The translations under genes and the position numbers were made by a program. From a virus: a stretch of DNA of 64,000 bases. A model generated the notes under the pieces. It was given only the letters and a program-made list of their open reading frames with translations, did not search any database and was not told the DNA's origin. Below, in pieces: positions 1 through 10,930 of this stretch. The DNA is taken from positions 1 to 64,000 of IMG/VR virus record IMGVR_UViG_3300026488_000026. One strand, 5' to 3'. Position 1 is the first letter of the stretch; every line of letters starts with the position of its first letter.

Positions 1-215
1 AAACTTTGTTTATAAATAAAACAAGATTTTATAGAAAAAATGTCGTTATAAAAAATTTCTTTTGTAACATTACCTATTAAAGGTTTTTTTATTTTATAAA
101 AAACATTTTCATTTATTTGCTCTTGTTGGCTATAATATTTTCTTGTTAAAATAGGAACATAATTTTTATCTAAAACAGAAACTTGTTCTTGTACATATTT
201 ATAAATTGTTCCCAT
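1..215 (-). CDS. 5' part of a distal tail-module protein (runs off window)
   Basis: ATG at 215, 10 nt after the previous stop; frame MGTIYKYVQEQ... stays open to position 1. Confidence 0.6.
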   Translation of the reverse strand, partial: MGTIYKYVQEQVSVLDKNYVPILTRKYYSQQEQINENVFYKIKKPLIGNVTKEIFYNDIFSIKSCFIYKQS

Positions 216-225
216 AAATTAAACC

Positions 226-1209
226 TTAATATTTTTCAGAAATAATCTCAAAATCTTCCTCAGGAACTACCAAAGCTAAGTTATATTTATTAATAACATT
301 TTCTGCTTCAGGAAAAATATAACAAAGTTTTTGTTTACCACTTTTATCTTGAACATTAATAACATTAGGATGATAATAACTACTATAAGAATAATTCTCA
401 TAACTATATCCCACAAACTTCCATTCATTAATAGAAGTATCAAAATTAGTATCTACAAAAAACGAAATGGGACTTGCACTCACACTACCATTTGGTTGTG
501 GATAATGCCTAAAACCTACTGATTTATCTACATCAAGTTTATGTTTTCTTGTAAAAATACCTTTATCTGTATCTCCCCACCAATAACCATTATAAAAAAT
601 AAAAGCTTTATCAGGAGTATCATGCCAAAAATTTGTAATATACATGCCTCCATTATCTTTATCAATAGAATTAAAAATTTGAAATTTAAAAAAACCATTA
701 AAAAAGAAATGATCAATAGGAGATGGGTTTCTTCGAGGAATAGTAAAACTAATACTATAATCTGTTATTAATAAATTAACTAAAAAATTACTATAAATTT
801 TAGGTTGTGGATTATAAGGATGCACATTCATATTAATTTTGAATGTTTCACAATTAGTCCCATCACTAATTGCCCCTTCTTGTTCACATAAATCTTTGCT
901 ATTATCATAATTTTTACAAGGCATAAATTGTAAATATTGATTTTTATCATTACTATCATAATAATATTTAAAAATTATATGGGGATCATAATTTAAACCA
1001 CTAACTTTATTTTTAACAACTAATAAACCAATTCCATTTCTACCCCATTTATCAGTTGCAGTTTGAGCATCTACAATTTCCCAAGCATCTGTTCTATAAT
1101 TAAAAGCTTTATATAATTCATTTAAAATAGACCAATTCTCTTCAGGATTAGATACTATACCTTCCAAACCAATTGTCATATCCATACTTCTAAACCAAGT
1201 CAATTTCAT
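226..1209 (-). CDS. putative distal tail/virion protein
   Basis: 327-aa ORF with GGAG RBS, co-oriented downstream of the tape measure gene. Confidence 0.5.
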   Translation of the reverse strand: MKLTWFRSMDMTIGLEGIVSNPEENWSILNELYKAFNYRTDAWEIVDAQTATDKWGRNGIGLLVVKNKVSGLNYDPHIIFKYYYDSNDKNQYLQFMPCKNYDNSKDLCEQEGAISDGTNCETFKINMNVHPYNPQPKIYSNFLVNLLITDYSISFTIPRRNPSPIDHFFFNGFFKFQIFNSIDKDNGGMYITNFWHDTPDKAFIFYNGYWWGDTDKGIFTRKHKLDVDKSVGFRHYPQPNGSVSASPISFFVDTNFDTSINEWKFVGYSYENYSYSSYYHPNVINVQDKSGKQKLCYIFPEAENVINKYNLALVVPEEDFEIISEKY

Positions 1210-1212
1210 TTT

Positions 1213-3102
1213 TTACTCCTCATTTAATTCTATAAGATAATTATAAGGCACTTTTATATGATTGTCTGGTATAACTATATGTTTTTTACCATCAATATAA
1301 ACTTCTGTTTCTGGCTCAATATCAACAAAATTAATTAAATACAACCATTTTGGACTACCAAAGTTTATAATTTTCAAATTATCAGCAATATTTTTATATT
1401 TATTGACTTTAATAATAGAAATACTTTGATTATCATTTTTAATCTCTTGCCAATCTCCTGACAAAGCCCCGTCTTCTACATAATTATTAACCCAAGAAGT
1501 TCCATTCCAAAAACTTGTATTTTTACGATACATTAACCCAAACCTAAAATCGTTATTATTTACATCATAAGCATTATTTCCACCCCAACCTAAAGCAAAA
1601 GGCAAATCATAATTTCTATCTCCTTCTCCCCAACCAAAATAAAATATTTGATAAGTCGGATCATCAACAAGAGCTGGATCAAATTTTTTTAATACAATTA
1701 AAACATCAGTCCCATCAGTAACATACCAATATTTTTCAATCATCTCATCTTGTTTTCCCCAATGAAGTTTAGGCATATAAAAAGATATATTATCAATAAA
1801 AGGAATATTATAGCCTTGTCCATAACCATAACGATTCCACCTATCTATACTAATATCAAAACAATCAGAATTTAAAGATTGCAAATAATCCTCTATTTTA
1901 CCTAACAATTCAATAGTATTATAAAAAATAAATTTATCTCCATTTAATTGTAAAAAACCATTTTTATTTATTTGCAAAATTATATTTTTAAGCAATCCTG
2001 TGTTATTTAAAATTGAAACATAAAAATCATTTAACTCTTTAGGAGGAAAACCATTTTTATCAAAACTTTTTATTTCTTCTTCAGTTAAAATTCTATTCCA
2101 AACATAATACCCACTTGTATAAATAGGAGAATCTATTTGTTTTCCAAATAATCCTTTAAAATTTTTCCACTTATCATTTTGTAAATTATCAACTACTTTT
2201 ACTCCATCTATATATACACTTAATTTTCCTTCAGTATTATTAAGTGTAATTGCTAATGTTACAATACCCTTTCCTTTTACTATTTCCCCAATATTACATA
2301 ACACTTCATCCTCAAAATACAACTTACCATCATTCAAATTTGTATAAATAGACACTGTCCTTTCGCTTGTATAATAATCAGATGTATAATTATAAATATA
2401 CATTCTATTTATATGAGGACAAGAAGAGGCTTGACCCTTAATCAACTCAAAAAACTGACCTGTTAAAACAATAGTCACATCTGAACTTAATTTATGTGAT
2501 GTTGGATTAATAGAATCACAATAAATTCTTACATTTCTATAAGGAGCTTGATTATTAGACCACATTTTACAAAATAAAAAATTACCTCCTCCTTGAAAAA
2601 AAACTTTATCTTTTTTCTTAGCAAACTTATAAATATTAGAATTATCTCCAATAGGACCAAAAGTCACATGATACCCATAACTTCCACCTATCCAAGCTTT
2701 ATTACTTTCTAATGTATTTTCTAAATAATTTGCCAAAACTCTCATAGGTTTTGCACTACCTTTTTTAACATCAATAGTTACAATATCCCCATCTTGCCAA
2801 ACTTTATCCCCTTGTCTAATTGTAAATTTAATTATTCCGTTATCATAAGGTTGGTCTATTTGTGCATCATCTTTAGCACCACTCACACTACCTGTTACTT
2901 TAAAAACATTGTTTGCTCCATCATATCTTAATTCCCAAGTTTCAGTTTGAACTGTATCAGGATTAAAAGCAATATTTTCAATATTTCCATTTCCTTGTGC
3001 TAATTCATAATTTGTTTCCATACTAATAGGATTACTTAAAAACTCTACTAAATTATCAATTGCTTCTCTAACTGTCTTTTTACATTCAACTCTATATGCC
3101 AT
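1213..3102 (-). CDS. virion tail protein with N-terminal beta domain shared with the tail tube protein and a LamG/ConA-like domain
   Basis: Follows the tape measure gene; LamG-like 'LSVYIDG...YVWNRILTEEEIK'; N-terminal ETW..VTGSVSGAK..YDNGIIKF repeated in 10918..12243. Confidence 0.65.
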   Translation of the reverse strand: MAYRVECKKTVREAIDNLVEFLSNPISMETNYELAQGNGNIENIAFNPDTVQTETWELRYDGANNVFKVTGSVSGAKDDAQIDQPYDNGIIKFTIRQGDKVWQDGDIVTIDVKKGSAKPMRVLANYLENTLESNKAWIGGSYGYHVTFGPIGDNSNIYKFAKKKDKVFFQGGGNFLFCKMWSNNQAPYRNVRIYCDSINPTSHKLSSDVTIVLTGQFFELIKGQASSCPHINRMYIYNYTSDYYTSERTVSIYTNLNDGKLYFEDEVLCNIGEIVKGKGIVTLAITLNNTEGKLSVYIDGVKVVDNLQNDKWKNFKGLFGKQIDSPIYTSGYYVWNRILTEEEIKSFDKNGFPPKELNDFYVSILNNTGLLKNIILQINKNGFLQLNGDKFIFYNTIELLGKIEDYLQSLNSDCFDISIDRWNRYGYGQGYNIPFIDNISFYMPKLHWGKQDEMIEKYWYVTDGTDVLIVLKKFDPALVDDPTYQIFYFGWGEGDRNYDLPFALGWGGNNAYDVNNNDFRFGLMYRKNTSFWNGTSWVNNYVEDGALSGDWQEIKNDNQSISIIKVNKYKNIADNLKIINFGSPKWLYLINFVDIEPETEVYIDGKKHIVIPDNHIKVPYNYLIELNEE

Positions 3103-3146
3103 TAATTTTCCTTTTATTAGAATGAATGATAATAATTTCTAACAAG

Positions 3147-3154
3147 TATATCGG
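3147..3154 (-). promoter_or_regulatory. late promoter box CCGATATA
   Basis: 45 nt upstream of ATG 3102. Confidence 0.75.
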
Positions 3155-3158
3155 ACTT

Positions 3159-6100
3159 TTAGCGTCCGACAATATTTTTTATTATTTCTCTTCCACTTCT
3201 ACTTGTCAAATATTCTTCAAACGCTTGTGGATCAACACTATTTAATATTACAATTTCTGGCGTTGGTGCAGTAACATTAACTTGAGGAGTTGTATTACCA
3301 CTTTCTTTAATTGCTTTTACTTCTTCTTTACTTAAAACATATTCACCTTTTTGTAAAATTGCTGGAATTTCATCGTCTTTTAATCCTCCCATTTTTTTAT
3401 TTGCTGTTTGTCTATCAACATAACCCCCTGTATGATACCTTTGTGCTTTTATAATTGCAACTCTTGCCATACCCGTAGCTATTGCTAAACTTGCCCCTAC
3501 AATATTCAAAGGATAAGGTAGCTCAACCATTGCTTTTTGTGCTGAAGCATAAGTATCAATAATAGCTTGAGCAACTCTTATAGCTTTATAAACAGCCAAC
3601 CATCTTTTTTGTTTAATTAAACCTTGTTGCATTAATTGGTCTAAAGCATTACCAAACATACCAAAATAGCTATTCATCATATTTAAACTTGTATTTAAAC
3701 TATTTAATTCTAATTGTTTTCTTCTTTCAATCTCTGTTCTTATTATATCTGTTTTTAGTTGTTCCATTTGTCTTACATATTCAACTTCAGATATTTTACC
3801 AGCCTCTTTTGCTTGTTGTAGCTCTTGTTCTTTTGCTAAAATTAATGCTTTTTGCTTATCATAATACTCATTAATTAAATCTAATTGTTGTTGATAATTT
3901 TTATATGCTCCTATAAAACTACTTGTAAAACTATCTATATTCATACCAGAAAACTGATTTGTATTTATTGTTTCTTTAATTTTATCTAATTCAACTTGTT
4001 TATTTTTTATATAAGCACTAATATAATTAAAGTAGGCATCAATTTTTCTTTTATCGTTTTCTATATCGAAATTTACTATTTGTAATTTTTTTTGTGTTTC
4101 ATACATTTTATTCAAAATCTCTAATTTAAAAGCAAAACCTTTATCGTTTAATGCTTTTGCCTCTTCATTTAATTGCCTTTCAATTACTAATAATTTTTGT
4201 TTTATTTGCATTTCTTTAATTTCTGCTTGTAATGTTTTTTTCTTATAACTTTCTTCTTTTTGATATAAACTTTTAATTTCACTTTCAAGTTGTTTTTTCT
4301 TATTTAATAGTTTTGTTCTTTGTTCTTCGTTTTTATAACCTGTTTTTATTAAAGATTTAATTTTATCTATTATTTCATAATACTCTTGTTCTTTTTTAAT
4401 TCTTTCACTTGAAAATTGTTTATATAAATCATCAGCTCTTTTAATTTCTTTTTGAACTTCAATAAGTTCATTAACTATCGGTAATCGACCTGTTTTTTCT
4501 ACATTTTTAGTATCTTGTATTAATTTAGCATAAGCATTAGTAAGTTTTGTTATTTCATTCTCTATATCTCCAAAATCTTTTAAGTTGAAAATATTTTTAA
4601 TTTGATAATCTTGAAATTTTACAGGCAAAGGTTTTTGACTTAATTTTGGATATATTGCATTTAAAGCACTCATTTTCGCTTTTAAAAGACCCTCTAAATT
4701 AGAAAAATCTTTATCAAGCCCTTCTAAATATGCTTTTAATGCTTTATAAGTATTTTTATCTAAACTATCTTTAAATTTATCTATTAACAATTTTAATTTC
4801 ATAAATTCGGCTTCTAATTTAACAACATCTTTAGGGTTTGTAGCGTTTGCCAACATAATTCTAAATTTTTTAAGCTCTTCTCCTATTCCTTCTGGCAAAA
4901 CATCAATATCAATTTTAGCTTGTTTAAAACTAATATCCATACTTTTTATTAAACCTCTTATTGTGCTTTTAAATGATTCATCAATTTGAGCTGTTAAATT
5001 TTTAACTAAATCCTCTACATCCAACCCTTGATTAACAAAAAATCTAATTTTTTCAGCAAGTTGATTAAAGCGTGATACTTCTTCGTTAGTTACTATTTTT
5101 ATTAATCCTTCTTTAGTTTCATTTTTCATTTCTTTAACATTTGACATAAATTCTTTTTTAAAAGCTTTTAATTTTCTGTCTAAATCTTCAATAGGATTTG
5201 TATCAAGTTTTAATAGATTAAAACTTTTATTTAATTTTTCAATTTCTTTATTTAATTTTTCACTTTCAGTAACTCCTGTTTTTAAGTTTTCTACCCAAGT
5301 AACATTGCCTTTAAAATTTGCTACATTTGGGACTTCCTCTTTATAAGGAGCAAAAACGCTTACAGGTTTACTCATATTATTTTTAGGTTTATAATTAGAA
5401 AACTCTTTTAATTTTTCTAATTGTAATTCAATACTTTTTATTTGTTTTTCAAGTTCTTTTGAGTTAGTTTTTAAATATTCAGCCTTTAATCTTTCTAATT
5501 TGGCACTTAATAATTGATATTCTACATATTTTTGAGCCTTATCAATTTCTTCTTGTTTTTGTTTTACAATTTCCTCTTGGTTTTTTATTATTCTTTTATA
5601 AGTTTCAAGTTGTTTTTCTATCTTGTTTAATTGATAAGTTAGTTGTTTAACTCTTTCTTTATCATTATCTACTAATGCTTCTGCTAATTGTTTTTTTAAT
5701 TGTTGTTTTTTTGCTATTAACATATCATAATGAGAAATTAAATTGTTTAATTTTTGTTGTTGTGCTAACAAACCATTAGTCTTAGCCAACTCCTCATTGA
5801 CATTTTTAATAGTAAAAAACAATTTAGTAAAAATAGTTACCGCACCAACAGCTAAAGCCACAAAAGGATTTCTTACAATTAAAGTTACTATAAACTCTAA
5901 TGCACTTCCAATTTTTTTAATTATGCCTAAAAACCCAAGACCAGCTATACTTGCTCCAGCTAATGCCTCTTTTAAAAACCTTAGCCCTTTGAATGCATAC
6001 CAACCAGCAACAATAGCACTTATACTTTTAATTATCATCCATATATTACTCAAATCTCTTTGAATTTGTGGTAATGCATTATTTATGGCATTTAACCACT

Positions 6101-9071
6101 CAATAGTTTTATTTACTATATTTTCTAATATAGGCAAAGCATTTTGCATTAAACCATTAAAAGCCAAACCAAGACTATTTTTTAATCTCTCCCATTTTCC
6201 TATATAAGTATCAAGCATAATATTTGCTTTATCTAACTCTCCACTAACTCCTTCATTCAAAATCCTCAATTGCTCTAAAATTGAATCAGCATTATTTCTT
6301 ATAGCACTCAAAGTTTGTCTTGCCAAAACTTCCATGCCACCAACAGCTTCTTGAAATTCTTGGTTGCTCATATTTTTCAATCTTTTAACAAGCCATACCA
6401 TCATGCGTTCACTATCTTCTGCACTTTTACTAACTTGTTGTGCGAACAATTGTTGGTTAATTCCAAGACTTCTAAAAAATTGTCTAACCGCATTAGAATT
6501 ATCTTGTAAAATAGTTCCTAATCTTCTTATACTTGTACCAATTGTTGATGCCTCAAAACCTGCGTTTGAAAAAGCAATCGCCAAAGCCTCAATAAAGTGT
6601 CTTGTAATATTAGCACTTTTAGCGGTTGCTAAAGCATAGTTAGAAAATACATTAATGTCTTCTGTTGATAACTTACTTGCATTTGCCACATAAGTCAATT
6701 CATCAGCTAATTGTTTAATACTAACTCCAGCTTTATTATAGTTATGAATATAAGTAATCAAAGCATTAGCCGTTGTTTCAAATTGGTCTCCTGTTAATTT
6801 TGACATTTTAATTACATATTCAGTAACCTCAACTAACTTATCACTTTCTATCCCAGCCCTACCAAGAGCCATTGCTATTTCGTTAATCGCTTTTATATCC
6901 CCTCCATAAGCAATACCAAGTCTTACTAATCTTTCTTCTAATTGTTTTGCTTTATTTGCACTAATACCAAAAACGGCACTCATTTTACCAACAGCCTCAT
7001 TCATTTGAACTATAAAACCAAAACCTCTTTGAATTACATTTATAACTTCATAAATACTCATATATAACGCACTATAACCTAATGCCATTTTAGTAATATG
7101 TTTAACAAATTTAGTAAATGAAGTTTCTTGTAATTTTGCTTTTATTTTAGCCAAAGATAAATCAAGTTTATTTAATTGTCTTATTGATTCATCAGCACTT
7201 TTTTTGATATTTCCAAAAATATTAGTATTAAAAATTCCTGTCTTTAAACTAATTTTTAATTGGTCTTGAGCTTTTGATAATTCTTCTAATTTTTTAATAT
7301 ATTGTTCTATTAATTTTTGTGCCTCTTTAATATCTTTTTCGTTTGCAAATCCCTTTCTACTACTAATTTGAATTTGTAAATTTTGAATGATTTTCATATA
7401 TCTATTTCTAATTCTTTCTATTTCTTTAATAAATTTGTTGGCATCTTTATATAAACCATCAAACAATTTTATTTCTTGAAAATTTGCTTTTTTAATTGAA
7501 TTCATAAATTTATCAAAAGCATTTCTATCAGAAAACAAAACCTCTCTTAAATTCTTAGAACTTACTACAATAGCATTCAATCTTTTTTCAAAATCTTTTA
7601 AAGCCGAAACATCTCCTGTTTTTTTAACTTCGTTGCTTAGTGCTTTAAATTCATTAATTAAATCTTTTACTACATCTCTTGGAACTCCATAACCGCTTAA
7701 AACATTTAAAGTCTCTTTCAAAATTTTCAATCTTTTTTCGACTTCTGATAAATTCTTGGTTTCTCTTTTTAACTCTCTCATATCTTTTAACAACAAACCT
7801 AAATATGTTGTTTTACCTAAACTTTTACTTTCTTTCGCTAATTTCTCAAAATCTTGTTCTAACTTTCTTAAAACAATCTCATTTACTCCAAGTTGTTTTA
7901 ACTCATTTTTTAATCTTTCAAATGTATCATACGCCTTAACTAAACCTAAACTATTATTAACTAATTGTTTAATTTCTTTGTTTAATAAAGCTAATGGTTG
8001 ACTATTACCTGTTTTAACAGCTAAATCGTATAATTTTTTTATTTCATTTCCATATTGTGCTATCTTATTACTATCTATAAAAGGCAATCTACTTGCTTTA
8101 TGAATATTTTCCAAAGCTTGTAAATAAAGATTACTATACTTTTGGGCGTTTGAAAATGCTTTTTGTGCCTCAATTTTAAATTTTTCTAATTCAGTTTCTA
8201 ATTTATTAAAAATGTTAGCATCTTTTAATTTTATGCCTTCTTTAAATAATTCATCAATTTTTTGTTTTAATTTTTTTATTTCTTCTTCACTTTTACCTAA
8301 AACTCTTAAATCAAATAAACTTGACATTAAATTTTTTCTTTTTTCTACTAAAGCACTAAATGTTTGATACTCTTTTTCAAGTTCATTTAATCTTTCATTT
8401 AACTTATCAATAGGATATTTAGCATTTTGAATAGCTTTTCTAAAACTATCAAGAGGTTTAACAAGTTCTTTTTCTAAATTACTATCTAACTTAAAATCTT
8501 TAATTTCTTTTAATTTTGTTTTATAAAAGTTCAAAGCATTTATTCTATCTTCAAGAGCTTTATTAAATAAAACTAAATTACCTATTTTTTGTTCTTTTTC
8601 TTTAATTGCTAAAAGATTTTTATACTCATTTTCTAAATCTTTTATTAAAACTTTACTTCTTGTATATGTTTTTAAGTTTTCTAAATTAGCTTGAATAAGA
8701 GCTTTAATTCCTTTTTCAGTTTGCCCTATTGTTTGTTTTAAAATGTTATAGTCATTTACAACATTTCCAACAAGTTTAGTAATATCAAAAAATTCTTTTC
8801 TAACTCTATCTAAATCTTTTGGAGTTACTTTGACTTCTTGTAATGTTTTTATTTTATTTCTAAAACTTAAAATCTTTTGATTTATTTTATCAATTTCTTT
8901 ATTTAAAACATTAAATCTATTTATAAAAGAAGGTTTTAATTCTAAACTTTCAATAGCTTTTTTTAAATTAATAAGCTCATTATCAAGACTTTTTATAATA
9001 TCTTCTATACTTTTTATACCAACTTGTTTAAATTCAATTAAAATCTCAGCTTTATTATTTCTATAAGCCAT
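3159..9071 (-). CDS. tail tape measure protein
   Basis: 1970 aa, coiled-coil rich, TP901-like core, C-terminal 'YHTGGYV..DEIPAILQKGEYVL' motif, position after chaperones. Confidence 0.92.
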   Translation of the reverse strand: MAYRNNKAEILIEFKQVGIKSIEDIIKSLDNELINLKKAIESLELKPSFINRFNVLNKEIDKINQKILSFRNKIKTLQEVKVTPKDLDRVRKEFFDITKLVGNVVNDYNILKQTIGQTEKGIKALIQANLENLKTYTRSKVLIKDLENEYKNLLAIKEKEQKIGNLVLFNKALEDRINALNFYKTKLKEIKDFKLDSNLEKELVKPLDSFRKAIQNAKYPIDKLNERLNELEKEYQTFSALVEKRKNLMSSLFDLRVLGKSEEEIKKLKQKIDELFKEGIKLKDANIFNKLETELEKFKIEAQKAFSNAQKYSNLYLQALENIHKASRLPFIDSNKIAQYGNEIKKLYDLAVKTGNSQPLALLNKEIKQLVNNSLGLVKAYDTFERLKNELKQLGVNEIVLRKLEQDFEKLAKESKSLGKTTYLGLLLKDMRELKRETKNLSEVEKRLKILKETLNVLSGYGVPRDVVKDLINEFKALSNEVKKTGDVSALKDFEKRLNAIVVSSKNLREVLFSDRNAFDKFMNSIKKANFQEIKLFDGLYKDANKFIKEIERIRNRYMKIIQNLQIQISSRKGFANEKDIKEAQKLIEQYIKKLEELSKAQDQLKISLKTGIFNTNIFGNIKKSADESIRQLNKLDLSLAKIKAKLQETSFTKFVKHITKMALGYSALYMSIYEVINVIQRGFGFIVQMNEAVGKMSAVFGISANKAKQLEERLVRLGIAYGGDIKAINEIAMALGRAGIESDKLVEVTEYVIKMSKLTGDQFETTANALITYIHNYNKAGVSIKQLADELTYVANASKLSTEDINVFSNYALATAKSANITRHFIEALAIAFSNAGFEASTIGTSIRRLGTILQDNSNAVRQFFRSLGINQQLFAQQVSKSAEDSERMMVWLVKRLKNMSNQEFQEAVGGMEVLARQTLSAIRNNADSILEQLRILNEGVSGELDKANIMLDTYIGKWERLKNSLGLAFNGLMQNALPILENIVNKTIEWLNAINNALPQIQRDLSNIWMIIKSISAIVAGWYAFKGLRFLKEALAGASIAGLGFLGIIKKIGSALEFIVTLIVRNPFVALAVGAVTIFTKLFFTIKNVNEELAKTNGLLAQQQKLNNLISHYDMLIAKKQQLKKQLAEALVDNDKERVKQLTYQLNKIEKQLETYKRIIKNQEEIVKQKQEEIDKAQKYVEYQLLSAKLERLKAEYLKTNSKELEKQIKSIELQLEKLKEFSNYKPKNNMSKPVSVFAPYKEEVPNVANFKGNVTWVENLKTGVTESEKLNKEIEKLNKSFNLLKLDTNPIEDLDRKLKAFKKEFMSNVKEMKNETKEGLIKIVTNEEVSRFNQLAEKIRFFVNQGLDVEDLVKNLTAQIDESFKSTIRGLIKSMDISFKQAKIDIDVLPEGIGEELKKFRIMLANATNPKDVVKLEAEFMKLKLLIDKFKDSLDKNTYKALKAYLEGLDKDFSNLEGLLKAKMSALNAIYPKLSQKPLPVKFQDYQIKNIFNLKDFGDIENEITKLTNAYAKLIQDTKNVEKTGRLPIVNELIEVQKEIKRADDLYKQFSSERIKKEQEYYEIIDKIKSLIKTGYKNEEQRTKLLNKKKQLESEIKSLYQKEESYKKKTLQAEIKEMQIKQKLLVIERQLNEEAKALNDKGFAFKLEILNKMYETQKKLQIVNFDIENDKRKIDAYFNYISAYIKNKQVELDKIKETINTNQFSGMNIDSFTSSFIGAYKNYQQQLDLINEYYDKQKALILAKEQELQQAKEAGKISEVEYVRQMEQLKTDIIRTEIERRKQLELNSLNTSLNMMNSYFGMFGNALDQLMQQGLIKQKRWLAVYKAIRVAQAIIDTYASAQKAMVELPYPLNIVGASLAIATGMARVAIIKAQRYHTGGYVDRQTANKKMGGLKDDEIPAILQKGEYVLSKEEVKAIKESGNTTPQVNVTAPTPEIVILNSVDPQAFEEYLTSRSGREIIKNIVGR

Positions 9072-9106
9072 ATAAAATCCTTTTGAAACTTATTGTTACT
9101 AATAGA

Positions 9107-9114
9107 TATATCAG
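9107..9114 (-). promoter_or_regulatory. late promoter box CTGATATA
   Basis: 36 nt upstream of tape measure ATG. Confidence 0.75.
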
Positions 9115-9157
9115 AAGGGATAGAATTTTAAAAGAAAGAAAGAAAAAGAAATTTGAT

Positions 9158-9283
9158 TAGGATATAAAAAAATTCTTTAAGGCTTCGGACAGTTTTAAAG
9201 TTCCCTAAAATTCGACATTTTAAACTTTTTTTATAAAAAATACTTTATAAAAATCGTCAAAACTCTTGTATAAAATTTTTTAC
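9158..9283 (+). repeat. 126-bp dispersed intergenic repeat, copy 1
   Basis: Near-identical to 24800-24926 (one substitution, one extra A). Confidence 0.95.
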
Positions 9284-9297
9284 AAAATATAAAAACT

Positions 9298-9795
9298 TTA
9301 AACCCCAACAAAAGAATGATTTATAAAAACAATCAATTGGTCTTGATCGGTTACATTAAAAGAAGAATCAAATAAAAAATGATTTAGAGCAACTGTTGGA
9401 GAATTAGGGTCATCAACTAAAGCACCTTCAGAAACATTATCGGCAACAACTTCACCAACATCATAAGTTATTCTATAAGTTATAACATTTTCTCCACCAT
9501 TTGTATTACCTTCGTCAGTATAATTTCTTTGTGGAAAACCAGCATCTACTTTTCTTGCACTTGGGTCTATATAAGCATTAACATCTGTATCATCTTTAGT
9601 AGGATTGTCTGTTCCTGTCCCAAGCCTCAAGTATAAAGTATCAAGAGAACTTGCCTCATTCATTATCTTTTTAGCATAATGAATATCTCCAGCGTTTGTT
9701 ACTATATTATGCCCTTTTATTATTCTTTCTTTACCTGTTTTTTTGTTAATTATTTTTACTAAAATGTTATCTTTTACAACTCCTTTAATTAGCAT
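9298..9795 (-). CDS. putative minor tail/virion protein
   Basis: 165 aa; 'HNIVTNAG...LGTGT' motif common in virion proteins; tail-module position. Confidence 0.55.
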   Translation of the reverse strand: MLIKGVVKDNILVKIINKKTGKERIIKGHNIVTNAGDIHYAKKIMNEASSLDTLYLRLGTGTDNPTKDDTDVNAYIDPSARKVDAGFPQRNYTDEGNTNGGENVITYRITYDVGEVVADNVSEGALVDDPNSPTVALNHFLFDSSFNVTDQDQLIVFINHSFVGV

Positions 9796-9804
9796 TTTAT
9801 CTCC

Positions 9805-10470
9805 TTAAAAATTCATTTCTTTATTTTTTTGTAATTCTTTTAACTCTTCTTGTTGTATTTTATCGTATAATTTAACACTTGCTAAATAAAAAAATTTTGT
9901 TTGGTCATACAAACCGCCCTCATCAGGTAAAAAGCCTTTTTCATAAGCATTATAACATTCAATAGCCTCACTTATTAAATCTTTGTTTATATCATAAATA
10001 GGACAATAAGTATAAACTTTATTTCCAACATTAATTCTAAAATCTTTTCTTTTTTCTTTTTCGCCTCTAAAACCGCAATTCCTTACTCTATCAAGTCCTT
10101 TTTTTCTACAATAATCACAATTCCAAGTTTTTGATTTAAACTTACTATCAAAATATATATCAATACTATCATATAAGCTATTTAATTCATCTAAAGTAAC
10201 ATCACTTTTCTTTAAAATAAATTCTCCAGCTTCTCTAATAGTCTCTGAAGTTAAAGAAGAAAAATTAAGAATTTCTCCTTTATTATTTTCAATTCTAACA
10301 ATAGAAAACCTTAAAGCATGATAATATGCTTTTAAAATTTCACCATTTATAATATAAGGCTCTAATGAATTTAATTCTCTATAAGATAAAGTTTTTAAAA
10401 CTAATTCTAAATTAGGTTGAGAAGAGGGAGTTAAAAAATGATAAACCTTATGACTTCTAATATTTTGCAT
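9805..10470 (-). CDS. putative tail assembly chaperone (second chaperone position), Cys-rich
   Basis: Between tail tube and tape measure genes; CxxC..C..CP and 'LPDEGGLYDQ' motifs. Confidence 0.55.
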   Translation of the reverse strand: MQNIRSHKVYHFLTPSSQPNLELVLKTLSYRELNSLEPYIINGEILKAYYHALRFSIVRIENNKGEILNFSSLTSETIREAGEFILKKSDVTLDELNSLYDSIDIYFDSKFKSKTWNCDYCRKKGLDRVRNCGFRGEKEKRKDFRINVGNKVYTYCPIYDINKDLISEAIECYNAYEKGFLPDEGGLYDQTKFFYLASVKLYDKIQQEELKELQKNKEMNF

Positions 10471-10474
10471 TTCA

Positions 10475-10873
10475 CTATTCTTGTCCTAAATAAATTTTTG
10501 CATTTTCTGGGTCTTTTGAAATACCTACAATAACATTGCCAATTTCAGTAATAAGACTAATAGGTAATAAATTTAAAATCTCATCTTCTACACCATAAAT
10601 ATTTTTCTTAATTTGAATTTCTTTATTGTTTTCATCTAAAAAATTAGACCAATCTACAATACCTTTTTTACAAACCTCCCAATGATAAGTACCTGTTGCA
10701 ATACTAATGCTTTCATCTTTATTCATTTTTATCATTTTATCTTCAATTTCAATTAATTCTTTAGAAGTCAAAGGTCTTATTTCAACTGTAAAAGGGTCTT
10801 TTTCACCTCTTTCCATGATTGGAATATATTTGTAAGTTATATTTCTTTGTTCTTTATTAATTTTAATTGCCAT
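10475..10873 (-). CDS. tail assembly chaperone
   Basis: 132 aa directly after tail tube gene; 'IRPLT..E' and 'GIVDWSNF' motifs. Confidence 0.7.
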   Translation of the reverse strand: MAIKINKEQRNITYKYIPIMERGEKDPFTVEIRPLTSKELIEIEDKMIKMNKDESISIATGTYHWEVCKKGIVDWSNFLDENNKEIQIKKNIYGVEDEILNLLPISLITEIGNVIVGISKDPENAKIYLGQE

Positions 10874-10906
10874 AATTTATCCTTTTTATTGATTTTTAAT
10901 TGATAA

Positions 10907-10930
10907 AGCACACAAAATTATTTGTGTGCT
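10907..10930 (-). terminator. hairpin terminator after tail tube gene
   Basis: AGCACACAAA-atta-TTTGTGTGCT, 10-bp stem overlapping the stop codon. Confidence 0.7.

Noticed and set aside
9176-9192. cUUCGg tetraloop terminator within the 126-bp repeat
   Set aside because: Flanking bases do not pair beyond the single closing C-G.
10460-10510. Programmed -1 frameshift between tail chaperone genes (gpG/gpGT)
   Set aside because: The downstream ORF is in the +1 frame, a TAG closes that frame six codons before its ATG, and the AAATTTA heptamer is out of phase.
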